This document shows positions 20,771-31,886 of a stretch of 64,000 nucleotides of DNA, one piece after another. A model generated the notes under the pieces. That model was not told the DNA's origin, ran no database searches, and saw only the letters and a list, made by a program, of their open reading frames with translations. The position numbers and the translations under genes were made by a program. Origin of the DNA: an uncultured delta proteobacterium (GTDB taxonomy: Bacteria; Desulfobacterota; Binatia; UBA9968); contig CAWJZV010000004.1 in assembly GCA_963847445.1 (NCBI GenBank), positions 64,001 through 128,000 of the forward strand, given 5' to 3'. Each line of letters starts with the position of its first letter. Positions within the stretch are counted from its first letter, which is position 1.

Positions 20771-21250
20771 TTATTTACCCGTTTTACGACGCAATGCTTG
20801 CAATAATATTTCATATCTCTGTCCATGAGCGACAAATGTCAGCTCACGCCGGTTGCCGCCGCCGTGGGCGATTCTCAACTCCAGATGCTCGTCGACTTCA
20901 TGGGACGGCAGGAACTCGAACCACTCGATCAAACTGACGCCGTCGCCGTAGAGATATTCGCGCAGGTTGAGGGTTTCCAGCTCTTCCTGCTTACCGACCC
21001 GATAAAGATCGATGTGGTAAACCGGCAAGCGCCCGCTGTATTCGTTGATCAGCGTGAAAGTCGGGCTGCGCACCCATGCGCCGGCAGCCACTTCGATCCC
21101 CTGCGCGAAACCACGGACAAAGCAGGTCTTGCCCGTGCCTAGTTCACCGACCAGGCCAACGATCTCGCCGCCTTGAACTAATTTGCCAAGCTTTCGTCCC
21201 AGATTCTGGCTTTGCCGCGGCGAAGTAGTAACGATAGTCCAGCCACTCAT
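20771..21250 (-). CDS. tsaE: tRNA t6A biosynthesis ATPase TsaE
   Basis: GELGTGKT, VRSPTFTL, YHIDLYR, LIEW. Confidence 0.95.
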   Translation of the reverse strand: MSGWTIVTTSPRQSQNLGRKLGKLVQGGEIVGLVGELGTGKTCFVRGFAQGIEVAAGAWVRSPTFTLINEYSGRLPVYHIDLYRVGKQEELETLNLREYLYGDGVSLIEWFEFLPSHEVDEHLELRIAHGGGNRRELTFVAHGQRYEILLQALRRKTGK

Positions 21251-21612
21251 CTGCAACCGGCCTCACTCACTACAACTAGTATATTTTTAACGAGATTTCG
21301 AGTCGGGGCGACGATGGGTCGGAGTTGGCCCTTCTATTATCCAAGCTGGTTTCGTTCCCAGCTCTCATTGTGGTATTTCTGGACCATGGATGTGAAAACC
21401 AAAAATGCAGACCGCCTGCGAAAAGTTAAACAAATTAAAGAGCCTGCAGAGGTCGAGGAGAAAACCGTCACGCCCCGGGCTGGAAAAAGTAGAGATAAAA
21501 AAGCCGGAAACACCTCCCATAAAAGCACCGCGGCAGAAGTAAAGAAATGGAATTCTCGAGCGTCCGCTCGAAGTCTGCGTTCGTCGCGCCATGCCGACTC
21601 ACAATTGAATTG

Positions 21613-21951
21613 TCACGGCCGCCGCGCGGCGAACAGCTTGGCGAATTCGCCGGCATCGAGCCAGATGCCATGACAATCGGCACAAGCGTCCAAGGTCACG
21701 CTGCGATCGATGGCGCTGTACATCCGCAACAGCTCCGCCGAGTCGCGCGGACAGCGGCCCCGTTTGTCATCCCAACGAGCGTCGTTACCGCCCCGGCGTA
21801 ACTCCGCCACTTGGCGCGCATCTTCGGCGAGCAGCCGGCTCAGCTCCTGAGCGTCGAACCATATACCGGCGCAAGTGGAACAACGGTCCACCGCGACCCC
21901 TTCGACCTTAAATTCCGCCAGCGTGGCGGCTTGGCACTTTGGACAATTCAT
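21613..21951 (-). CDS. Tandem zf-TFIIB-type zinc-ribbon protein
   Basis: CPKC...DRCSTCAGIWFDAQEL and CPRD...DACADCHGIWLDAGEF. Confidence 0.85.
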   Translation of the reverse strand: MNCPKCQAATLAEFKVEGVAVDRCSTCAGIWFDAQELSRLLAEDARQVAELRRGGNDARWDDKRGRCPRDSAELLRMYSAIDRSVTLDACADCHGIWLDAGEFAKLFAARRP

Positions 21952-22279
21952 CGATACCACGACTCAACTTTCTCGCAGAAGTTCTGTAAACGCTAAAGCA
22001 AAGCCACAGGCAGTTCAAGCAAAATCGAGCTGTCGGCGCAATGACCAAATTCAATCTCACCACGACGGGACTAAGGACACGAAGATGAGAGGGCGGGTTT
22101 CAAACTAGTCCTTACGGGGACAAGCTAGCGGCAGACAAATGGTCCTCCTTAATTCTTGCCTTTTGAATTTTTCCTTTTGCCCTGCCCCCACCATTCTCCA
22201 TTGTCCATTTTTCCTCTTTGCAATTCGGCAAAACCGGCAGTAAGTATGCACCAAACGCAACAAACCGAGGGAGGAACCG

Positions 22280-23297
22280 ATGCTACCCGAGATTTCCCGA
22301 GACAAGCAGTTGGCCATTCTACGCCGGATGCTGATGATCCGGCGCGCCGAAGAACATTGCATTCGCTTCAACGACGAGCACACCGGTCTGATCCGCGGCC
22401 ACTTTCATGTGTACATCGGCCAGGAAGCCACCGGCGTATCGGTGTGCGACTGGTTGAATGCCGACGATTATGTTTTCACCACCCATCGCAACCACGGCCA
22501 TGTCATCGCCAAGGGCGGCGACCCGAAGAAAGTCCTGGCCGAGATCATCGGCCGCGCCACCGGCTACTGCCAAGGACGCGCCGGGACATTTCACGTCGCC
22601 GCGCCTGAAGTCGGCGTCATCCACACCTCCGCCATCGTCGGCGGTTGCCTCGCCCTGGCCGGCGGCACGGCGTACGCCGCGCAGGTCAAAGAGAGCAAAG
22701 CTGTCACCGTGGTCTTTTTCGGCGACGGCGCCATGGAGGAAGGGGTCTTCTACGAATCCTTGAACATCGCCAAGCTCTGGCAACTGCCGCTGATCTTTTG
22801 GATGGAAAATAATTATCGCCGCAGCGGCCGCGGCGCAGGCCATGCCGCCACGGAACTCACCAACGTGGCGAAAGCCTTGAACGTCGAAACCACCGTCATC
22901 GACGGCATCGATGTCGGCACGGTGCACAAGACCGCCAAAGATATCGTCAGCCGCGTGCGCAAAGGCGAAGGGCCGCTGTTCGTCGAAGCGCGCACCCATC
23001 TATGGCCGGGCAACGCGTTCAATATGCCCAAAGCTTGTCGGCGGCGTGACCGATATCGCCTGGGCCTGGGACGCCAGCAAAGCGCCGGAAAAAGTCCGCG
23101 ACTGGCACAAGGACCACGATCCGATTTTGAACTATTTGCGCGAGCTCGCAGGCGCCGGCATAAGCCGCGCCGAGCTCGAAAAGCTCGACGCCGAGGTAAG
23201 TCAGGAAACCGATGCGGCGGCGCGCTTCGCTCTGGAGAGCCCGCTGCCGGATGCCAAGGCGGCGCTCAACTACGCCTTCGCGGGAAAGGGAAACTAG
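22280..23297 (+). CDS. TPP-dependent dehydrogenase E1 alpha-like subunit; frameshift near 23030
   Basis: GHFHVYIGQEA, THRNHGH, FFGDGAMEEG...ENN TPP-binding motif, DPI, A.ESPLP. Confidence 0.9.
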
Positions 23298-23299
23298 CC

Positions 23300-24275
23300 A
23301 TGCCGCAAGAAATGACTTTCGGTGAAGCGCTGCTAGCCGCCATTGACGAAGTGGCAGAGCAGGACAAACGTATCGTGCTGTTTAACCCGAGCTTCGCCGG
23401 CGAAGCTGGCCACGAAAAGTTAGCCGCGTTCCGCAAAAAATATGCGGCGCGCATAAAATTTCCGCCCATCGCCGAGATCGGCTTCTGTGGCATCGCCATC
23501 GGCGCCGCCATGGCCGGCCTGCGCCCGGTGGTCGACATTAGCACCGCGACCTTTTCCTACGAAGCGATCCCGCAGATCGTCAACGAAGCGGCCATCGCCT
23601 ACTCCAACTCCGGCGGACAGACCAACGTGCCGGTGGTTTTTTATATGAAGTTCGGCATCCGCGGCGGCGGCGGCGTGCAGCATTCCGGCAGCCCGCAGTC
23701 GTGGTATTGGAACACGCCCGGTTTGCAAATCGTCATGCCGTCGACTGCCGGCCGACGCCAAGGGGCTCATGCGCACGGTTTTGACCAAGAGCGAAGACCC
23801 GACGATCTTCTTCGGCCATGACCGGCTGCTCGACGACCTTGGCGAAGTGCCGGACGGAGTCTACGAAATCCCCCTAGGCAAAGCCGATATCAAGCGCGCC
23901 GGCAAAGACGTGACCATCATCGCCACATCGATCCAAGTGCCGCGCGCCTTGGCCGCGGCGGAAACGCTTGCGCAGGAAGGCATCTCCGCCGAAGTCATCG
24001 ACCCGCGGACGTTGCAACCGTTGGACAAACCGGCGTTGCTCGCGTCGGTGAAAAAAACCGGCCGCGTGCTGATCACCGACGAAAGCCATGACAACTGCGG
24101 CGTCGCCGCCGGCTTGGCCGCGATCATCGCCGACGAAGGCTTCACCAGTCTGCGCGCGCCGATCAAACGCGTGTCGATCCCGCCGGTACCGGTGCCCTAC
24201 GCCGTGCCGTTGGAAGACTACGTCACGCCGATGGCGCAACGGATCGTCGAAGCGGCGCGGGCGCTGTGTAAATGA
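23300..24275 (+). CDS. TPP-dependent dehydrogenase E1 beta-like subunit; frameshift near 23750
   Basis: PIAEIGF.G.AIGAAMAGLRPV, QHS, PGLQIVMPST, GKDVTI, EVIDPRTLQPLD, SVKKTGR. Confidence 0.9.
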
Positions 24276-24303
24276 TGTGAAGATGAGTCGGAATCGGGGA
24301 TAA

Positions 24304-24384
24304 GTGATCGACGGTCTCGTCGCGGGCTTGTTCAAACTCGACGCTGGGATGGTCGCGAAATTGAAGAGCGTGTTGGTGCCGTAG
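24304..24384 (+). pseudogene. Possible 3' remnant of a Bug/TctC-type binding-protein gene
   Basis: Short frame VIDGLVAGLFKLDAGMVAKLKSVLVP* resembles the C-terminal helix of such proteins (recognised from memory only). Confidence 0.35.
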
Positions 24385-24883
24385 ACGACGAAAACCGGCC
24401 CTCCGCCGTCGTGACGCTGGGTAGCGGGCTGTGGTGAATTTGCGCCGGGGGTTATGAACGATCTGTTCATGAACGCGGCCGCCAGGCTGGGGAAGGAAAC
24501 TGCGCCTACCAATTGACAGAATCAGCAATCGGCATAGTCGTGCCAATTGATTGGCTCAGGAGTGTAATCTCCGGAACCACTAAGCGCCGCGCAGCTCGAC
24601 GACAATAAAACGATGAAAAGCAGGGCCAACAACTCGGCAGAAATCTTCATTGACTTTCACGCCTCCCGACAAAAACATTACGCTGACTGGATCGTGCCGA
24701 ACTAGAGTGCCGAACGGGAGCATATCCAGGCCGGGAAACAGAGTCAATTACTTTTTACCCGGATTGCTTTTATCCCGGATATCGCACCAGCAGCAACTGA
24801 TTTTGGAGGCAAATATGGAACTGCGCGCTCATTTGGTTGTATAAGTCGTTCCCAGTCCCGACCGCATCGAATGGAGGTCGCCC

Positions 24884-25312
24884 ATGCAGACAATCCGAGA
24901 CATCCTAAGGGTTAAAGGAACCGATGTTTGGTGCGTCGAGCCTGACGCCACGGTATTCGACGCGCTCCAACGCATGGCCGAAAAGGAAGTCGGCGCCCTG
25001 GTGGTCACGGAAGGCGCACAGGTCGTCGGCCTCATATCAGAGCGCGAATACGCGCGCAAAGTCGTACTCGAGGGCCGCACTTCTCCAACCACGCTGGTTA
25101 AGGAAATCATGATAACGCCGGTCATGTATATTCACCTCGACCAAGCGATTGAAGAATGCATGTCCCTGATGACCGAAAAACGCACCCGCCATCTTCCCGT
25201 CATCGAAGACGGCAAACTCGTTGGTCTCATCTCGATCGGCGATATCGTGAAGTCGATCATCGCCGACCAGCGGTTCCTGATCGAGCAACTCGTGCGCTAC
25301 GTCAGCGGGTAA
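24884..25312 (+). CDS. CBS domain protein
   Basis: PDATVFDAL..MAEKEVGALVV, GLISEREY, RHLPV, GLISIGD; GGAGG RBS. Confidence 0.92.
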   Translation: MQTIRDILRVKGTDVWCVEPDATVFDALQRMAEKEVGALVVTEGAQVVGLISEREYARKVVLEGRTSPTTLVKEIMITPVMYIHLDQAIEECMSLMTEKRTRHLPVIEDGKLVGLISIGDIVKSIIADQRFLIEQLVRYVSG

Positions 25313-25461
25313 GCGTTAAAGCGTCTATGACGCACCAGAAACTTAACCATCGCCGGACGCGGCATTGCGTTTTCCCCAAGATTTCCGAGAGTCCAGATTC
25401 ATACCCGACCCCAATCTCCGCGCACTGAAATGATTTGACAATGAAACATTTGGAGGCACCC

Positions 25462-26550
25462 ATGGGACAAAGACTGATCGACGCCGACGGCCATGTCATC
25501 GAAGACGAAACCCTCATGGACTTTCTTGAGGAGCCCTATCGCAGTTGTCGAACCCAGGGCGGCATTATTGGACCGATACGCAATGTACTGGGCAATGTCT
25601 TTCCGAGCTTAGACTTTCTTCATCTGGCGACTTTCAAACGCAGTGACCGCGCCTTCGGCGGAGGCAAGCGCGTCGGCCCGGAGCAGTGGCTGGAATTTCT
25701 CGAGGTGTCGAAGTTCGAGTACGCTTTTCTCTACCCCACTGTCGGCCTCGCCATGGGCAACATCGTGCATCCCGATTGGGCCTGCGTCGTCGCCCGGGCT
25801 TACAACAACTGGCTGCACGACCGCTACATGAAGCGCAGCCCCAAGCTCAAAGGCATGGCGCTGATTCCGATGCAGGATGTCAGCGAAGCGGTTAATGAAA
25901 TGCGCCGCGCCGTCAAAGAACTCGGTATGCCCGGCGCCATGCTGCCGTCGCGCGGCTTGCCCTTCGATCTCGGCCACCGCACCTACTGGCCGATTTATGC
26001 CGAGGCGGAGAAACTCGGCTGTGCGCTTGCCGTCCACGGCGGTTGTCATCACGGCATGGGCCTCGACACTTTTGAAAACTTCGTGCCGATCCACGGCATG
26101 GGCCACCCGCTGTCGTTGATCATTGCGTTCTCCGGCATGGTCTATCACGGCGTCTTCGATCAGTTCCCCAAGCTGCGCATTGGCTTCCTCGAAGGCGGTG
26201 CCGCCTGGGCAACCTTCTGGATGGACCGCATGGACCGTTCGCACCACTACTTCGGCGAACTCAATCTGCGCGAACGCTACAAAGGTCCATCGATGCAACG
26301 TAAACCCAGCGAGTACTTGAAGTACCCCAACGTCTACATCGGCTGCGAAGGCGGTGAAGTGGGCCTCGACTACCAGGTCAGACGCGCCGGCAACAACCAC
26401 TTCCTCTTCGCCAGCGACTTCCCCCACGAAATTGGCCCGCAAGACATCCTGCACGAGATCGAAGAGGTACAGGAATACGAAGGACTCAGCGACGAAGACA
26501 AGGCGGCGATTCTCGGTGGAAATGCGCTGCGGTTTTATCAGGTGACTTAA
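25462..26550 (+). CDS. Amidohydrolase family protein (Amidohydro_2 type)
   Basis: IDADGHV, LYPT, RAYNNW, LAVHG, FLEGG..W, FASDFPH, ILGGNA. Confidence 0.9.
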   Translation: MGQRLIDADGHVIEDETLMDFLEEPYRSCRTQGGIIGPIRNVLGNVFPSLDFLHLATFKRSDRAFGGGKRVGPEQWLEFLEVSKFEYAFLYPTVGLAMGNIVHPDWACVVARAYNNWLHDRYMKRSPKLKGMALIPMQDVSEAVNEMRRAVKELGMPGAMLPSRGLPFDLGHRTYWPIYAEAEKLGCALAVHGGCHHGMGLDTFENFVPIHGMGHPLSLIIAFSGMVYHGVFDQFPKLRIGFLEGGAAWATFWMDRMDRSHHYFGELNLRERYKGPSMQRKPSEYLKYPNVYIGCEGGEVGLDYQVRRAGNNHFLFASDFPHEIGPQDILHEIEEVQEYEGLSDEDKAAILGGNALRFYQVT

Positions 26551-26885
26551 ACGCGGTAAGTGCCGAGGAGGCGGTTCGAGCTCTAGCGATTCTCGCAGTT
26601 ATCTTTCGGTTGTAAGCGTCACGGCGAGAGGATCGAGGGAATGAGGTTTCAGGTGTCAGATTGCGAGGTCGAGGAAGTGCTCCGGTCAGGATCCTCGTCT
26701 TATTTGTCTTGTCAGTCATATTTCTGTTACGCTACAATTGTCGGGCCGTCGATCGTCGGCCACTCAGCGCCGGAGCGGCAGAGGTTGAAGGTATAAAGCG
26801 GCAGAGTGGTGCATACTGACGAGATAACTTTTGCCAGCGGCGGACCGCGGGCAAGTTGATAGATACCAAACAGGACCAAACCGAA

Positions 26886-27768
26886 ATGAATCTAGCAAAG
26901 CATCCTCAGGCGCGCAGCGTAACTGGCGGCACCAAGGTCACGAGCAAAGCAGTGGCGCCGCTAAACAAAGGAAAACTGCAATTTCAACGCTTTGTGATCC
27001 CTTACCGAGTGTACGGCGACGCAGAAGCTACCCTGGTTTTTATCAATGGGATCCATCAATCGATGGCCATGTGGCATAGCTTTGTCCGTCGATTTGAGCA
27101 GACGCTACCGGATCGTTTTGTTTGACTTTCCGCATCAGGGGGCAAGCCGGATCGTTACCGGATCAAGCTCGGTCACCCTGGAGGAGCAGGTCGATATATT
27201 GGATGCGGTGGTTAAGGCGACGAGCGGAGCAGGCCGGCCGACGATTTGTTCGGCGTCGTGGGGTGGAGTGGTGGCACTGGCTTATGCTGCGCGCTATCCG
27301 GACAGGCTGAGAAATTTGATCTTGGCCAGCATGGGGATGAAGGCGAATCAAGCGATGATCGAGTTGATCACCAGGGGCTTGGCCATGCCGAGCAAAGACG
27401 GATCAACGGTGGCCGAGACTGTGATCCAGGGGGTTGGTCAAGAACTGCCGGACGCTATGAAGAGTCGGATAATCGGCCAGTTTCAACGGATGAGCAAAGA
27501 GGCGCTAGAGGCTTTTTGTGAGCATGGATTGACCGTCATATCGGTGCAGGATTTGACCGAGGTCGTCGATCTTAGCAAAGTCCGATGCCAGACCATGCTT
27601 TTGCACGGAGAGAACGACGTCATCATTGACGCCGAAGACGTTCGGTCGTTGGCTGCGCAGATTGCCCACGCGGAGATGCGCACGATTAAGAATGTGGGAC
27701 ATTTTCTCCATCTGGAAAAGGAAGAGATCCTGGATGTGTATGAAGAAGTCCTCGCCTCACTGCGCTAA
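26886..27768 (+). CDS. Alpha/beta hydrolase, RhlA/PhaG-like; frameshift near 27095
   Basis: FING, VLFDFP..GAS, SASWGG nucleophile elbow, NQAM, HGEND, AED.R, GHFLHLE. Confidence 0.75.
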
Positions 27769-28199
27769 GAAGCTATGAAGCGGGTCGGCCCGACTGGTGT
27801 GATGCAAAGGTGTGACCCTGCACTTTTCCTCCTCATCGCACCACTCTCACTAGCGTTTATGTAAATGATTGCGATGTGAGCTGTTTATTGACGATTTGTC
27901 CATCTTGCATGTCCTCCGAATATAGAGTCTTGCATCCGGCCCCAACGGCTGATGCCACAATTGTCGCATCGTAGATCGAGAATCAATAGCGCAATCATGG
28001 GTCTCAACGGTGACTGGCTCGATCATGGCATATCGCGCGAATGGGTCCGCTCATTCAGAGCGGTAGCTGATCCGGTTAATCCATTCCTCCGCCTCGGAGA
28101 GCAACCAAATCAACCGGATCTTCCACCACGGGAACGACTGAGAAATGATGCGTCATCACGCGCGCCCCAAGGCTCTCTCAAGGGCAGCGCGCGCGATCG

Positions 28200-30019
28200 C
28201 TAGGCGATAACCTTGGAGTCGGCATGGTTGGTGAGCTTCAATTCTTCGCGCTCGTATTGCAGCTGGTAAAGCCGGTAATAAATGCCCCTGCCGGTCCATC
28301 AGCTCGGCGTGGCTGCCGATCTCGCGCACCTCGCCATGGTGCAAGACGATAATGCGGTCGGCATTGCGGATGGTCGACAGCCGGTGCGCGATCAACAGAC
28401 AGGTGCGGTCGCGCATGACTTTATCCAGAGCGTCTTGGATCAACGCTTCGGTTTCAGTGTCGACGCTGGAGGTCGCCTCGTCCATCACCAAGATTTCCGG
28501 ACCGAACACCAGCACCCGCGCCAGCGACAAGAGCTGGCGTTGGCCAACGGAAAAATTGCTGCCCCGTTCGCGCACCTGGGCAAGATAGCCGTCGGGCAAC
28601 TGGCGAATGAACTGATCGGCGTTGGCGTGCTTGGCCGCTTGTTCGACGCGCTCCTGGGAGACCGACGGATCGCCCAGGATCAGGTTGCCGCGCACGTCGC
28701 CGGAAAACAAAAACACATCCTGCAACACCACGCCGATATGGCGGCGCAAGGCGTGTAAGATCCCAGTCGCGCACATCGACGCCGCTGACTTTGATCGAGC
28801 CCTGTTGGATATCGTAGGAGCGGTTGAGCAGCTTGATGGTGGTCGTCTTGCCCGAGCCGGTGGCGCCGACGACGGCGACTTTTTCCCCCGGCGCGATGCG
28901 GAACGAGACGCCTTTCAAGACCGGATCGCCGACCTTGTAGCTGAACCAGACGTTGTCGAAGACCACTTCGCCGCGAAACGGCTTGGGCACCACGGCGTTT
29001 TTGCGGATTTTGAATATCGACCTCGGTGTCGAGCAGTTGGAAAATTCGCTCCGCCGAAGCCATCGCCGACTGCATGACCGCGTACTTCTGGCTGAAATCG
29101 CGCATCGGCACAAAGAACCGGTGCACGTATTCTTTGAAGGCCACCACCGTGCCGATGCCGATGATGCCGTGCAAGACCTCGCCGCCGCCGTACCAGAGCA
29201 ACAGCCCCAGGCTCACCGAGCCGGCGGCTTCGACCATGGAATAGAGCGCGGCCTCGTAGCTGTTCGACAGATGGTAAGCATCGCGATGATCGGCGTTAAG
29301 CTCTTCGAACTCGCGATAGGTTTTCGCCTCGCGGGAAAACAGCTGGATCACCATCATGCCGGAAATCGCCTCTCCTAGATAAGCATTCACCCGGGCGATG
29401 CGCTCGCGGATCTGGCGGTAGTTCTGGCGTGCCTTGACGCGGAAAAAGTTGATCGCGAACATCATCGGCGGGATCAACGCCAAGGACACCAGCGCCAAGC
29501 CGACGTTGAGATAGAACATGATGCTGACGATCCACACCACCATGATGAGGTCGGACACCAGCGTCAGGACGCCGGAGGAAAACATCTCCTGCAGCACGTC
29601 GACGTCGGTGGTCATGCGCGTCACCAAACGGCCCACCGGGTTGCGGTCGAAATAACTCATCGGCAATTTCTGCACATGGGCGAACACCGCCGCGCGCAGG
29701 TCCGCCAAACAGCGCTGCGCCACTAACATGGAAAAGTAGTGGTGCGCAAACGCCGCCACCGTCTCGCCGATCAGCGCGGCGAGGAAAAGCAGCATGACGT
29801 TCTGCAAGCCCCAGAGATCCTTGCCGGCGATATACTGGTCGATGCCGATTTTCATCAGATACGGCTGCGCGACGCCGAAGGCCTGCTGCAAGCGGCAAGA
29901 GCAGCATGGTGAAGATAAAACAGCCGCTTGTAGGGAATGATGAACTTCCACAAGCGCCGGATCAGGCGCAGATCGTAGGCTTTGCCGAGGACTTCTTCTT
30001 GCTGCGCCGCCTGGGCCAT
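28200..30019 (-). CDS. ABC exporter ATP-binding/permease subunit (MdlB-like); frameshifted
   Basis: EEVLGKAYD start, TM domain, [30 protein letters not shown]. Confidence 0.9.
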
Positions 30020-31761
30020 TAGATTTGTTCGAGCTCCTCGCTCAAGCGTTGCTGCTGGTACAGATCGGCGTAGACGCCGCCCCGGCGCACCAAGGCTTCG
30101 TGATCGCCGCGCTCGATGATCTTGCCGTCGTCGAGCACGAGGATCTCATCGGCTTCTTTCACCGCCGAGATACGGTGCGAAATGATCAGGCAGGTTTTTT
30201 CCTTGAGAAACGGCCGCAGCCCGGCGAGGATCTCCGCTTCGGTCTGCGCGTCGACACTGGAAAGACAGTCGTCGAGAACCAGCACCGGCGAGTCCATGAT
30301 CAGCGCCCGCGCCAGGGTCGCGCGCTGCTTTTGCCCGCCGGAAAGGGTCACGCCGCGCTCGCCCACCAGGGTTTCCAAACCTTTGGGAAAGATTTCCAAA
30401 TCGCGGTCGAGCTTGGCGATCTTGATCGCCCGCTCAAGCTCTTCTTCGCTGTACTCTTCGCGGCCCAGGGCGATATTGCGGCGCAGCGAGGTCGAAAACA
30501 GAAACGGGTCCTGCGGCACATAGCCCATCATCCGGCGCAGCTCCGAGAGCGACAGCTGGGTGAGCGTTGCTGCCCGTCCAAGAGAATCTCGCCGCTGCTG
30601 GCATCGAACAGGCGCGGCACCAATTGCGCCACAGTGCTCTTGCCCGAACCGATGCGACCGACCAATCCGACCGACTTGCCGACGGGAAGCTTGAAATTGA
30701 TCCCTTCGAGGGCCGCGTGGCCGTTGCGCTGGCCATTGTAGGCGAACGAGACATTGCGAAATTCGATGCCGTGCTTGAGGCCCTGAGCGGGCAGCGGCAC
30801 CGCTGGGCTGGCGATCGCCGGTTCGGTCTCGAGAATTTCCTCGAGCCGCCGCATCGCCGCCCGGCCGCGCTCGACCAGCGACAGCATCCAGCCGAAGGCC
30901 GCCGTCGGCCACGCGAGAACGTTCAGGTAGGCGATGAAGGCAACGATGTCGGCCACCAGCAAATCGCCGCGCAAGACGCGCACGCCGCCGTACCAGATGA
31001 CGATCAACACGGTCAGGCCGTTAATGCCCTGCATCACCGGATTGACGATGCCGCGCATCTTGGCCATCTGCATGCTTTTGACTTCGTAGTCTTTGTTGAG
31101 GCCGATGAATTGCTGGGTTTGAAAATCTTCCTGGGAGTAGGCTTTGACCACATGCATGCCGCTCAAGTTTTCCTGCACATGGCTGCTCAGCACCGACATC
31201 TGCTGCTGCACTTCCAGGGAGCTTTTCATGATTTTGCCGCGAAACACGCGGGCGACAATCATCAGCAGCGGAAACGGCGCCAGCGCCGCCAAGGTCATGC
31301 GCACATCCATCGACAGCATGAGAATCACGGCGTAGACGTAATAGAGCGGCGCATTGACGAAGTTGAGCACGCCGGGGCCGAGCATGACGCGCACGGCGGA
31401 GATGTCGTTGATCACCCGCGACATGAGATCGCCGGTGCGGTTGGCTTGATAGAAACGCCAGCGGCAGTTTTTCCAGGTGCGCGAACAGATCGTTGCGCAG
31501 ATCGTATTCGACATCGCGGCCGGCGTTGAAAATCAACGCCCGCGAGTAGGTGCGCACGATGCCCTGGAGGACCGCCGCGGCGATGATCAGCAAGGCGTAA
31601 AAGCGCACGTCGCTCAGCGAGCCGCCCTGCTCGATGATGCGCACCACTTCACGGGTCCACCAGGGGATCATCATGACCAGCGTGGCGGTGCCGAGCAGAC
31701 ATAGTCCGCCAATCAGGTAGCGCCGCCAATAGCGCCGTAAATATTGCCACAATCGCCCCAT
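30019..31761 (-). CDS. ABC exporter ATP-binding/permease subunit (MdlA-like); frameshifted
   Basis: RTGDLMSR, GRIGSGKST, LSGGQKQR, LDDCLSSVD, ISHR. Confidence 0.9.
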
Positions 31762-31886
31762 GTAATCCCTAAAAATACTCTACGGCCCGGCAATCGCAAG
31801 GTAAACAAAGTCCAACGCTCGAGAATTGCGGAAATTTTCGCCGCTCGCTTGACTTCGGACGCGGTCAACTTTAATACTCATCGGTT

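Noticed and set aside
22280-23821. Apparent 513-aa E1 alpha-beta fusion
   Set aside because: Produced by a frameshift near 23030; the alpha C-terminus is in ORF 22911-23297 and beta has its own ATG at 23300.
24531-24546. Sigma-54-like TGGCACGACTATGC on the minus strand
   Set aside because: GG-to-GC spacing is 9 nt instead of 10 and no convincing gene lies downstream.
26556-26615. VSAEEAVRALAIL frame resembling a HicA N-terminus
   Set aside because: Too short and lacks the HicA GSH motif; cannot be supported.
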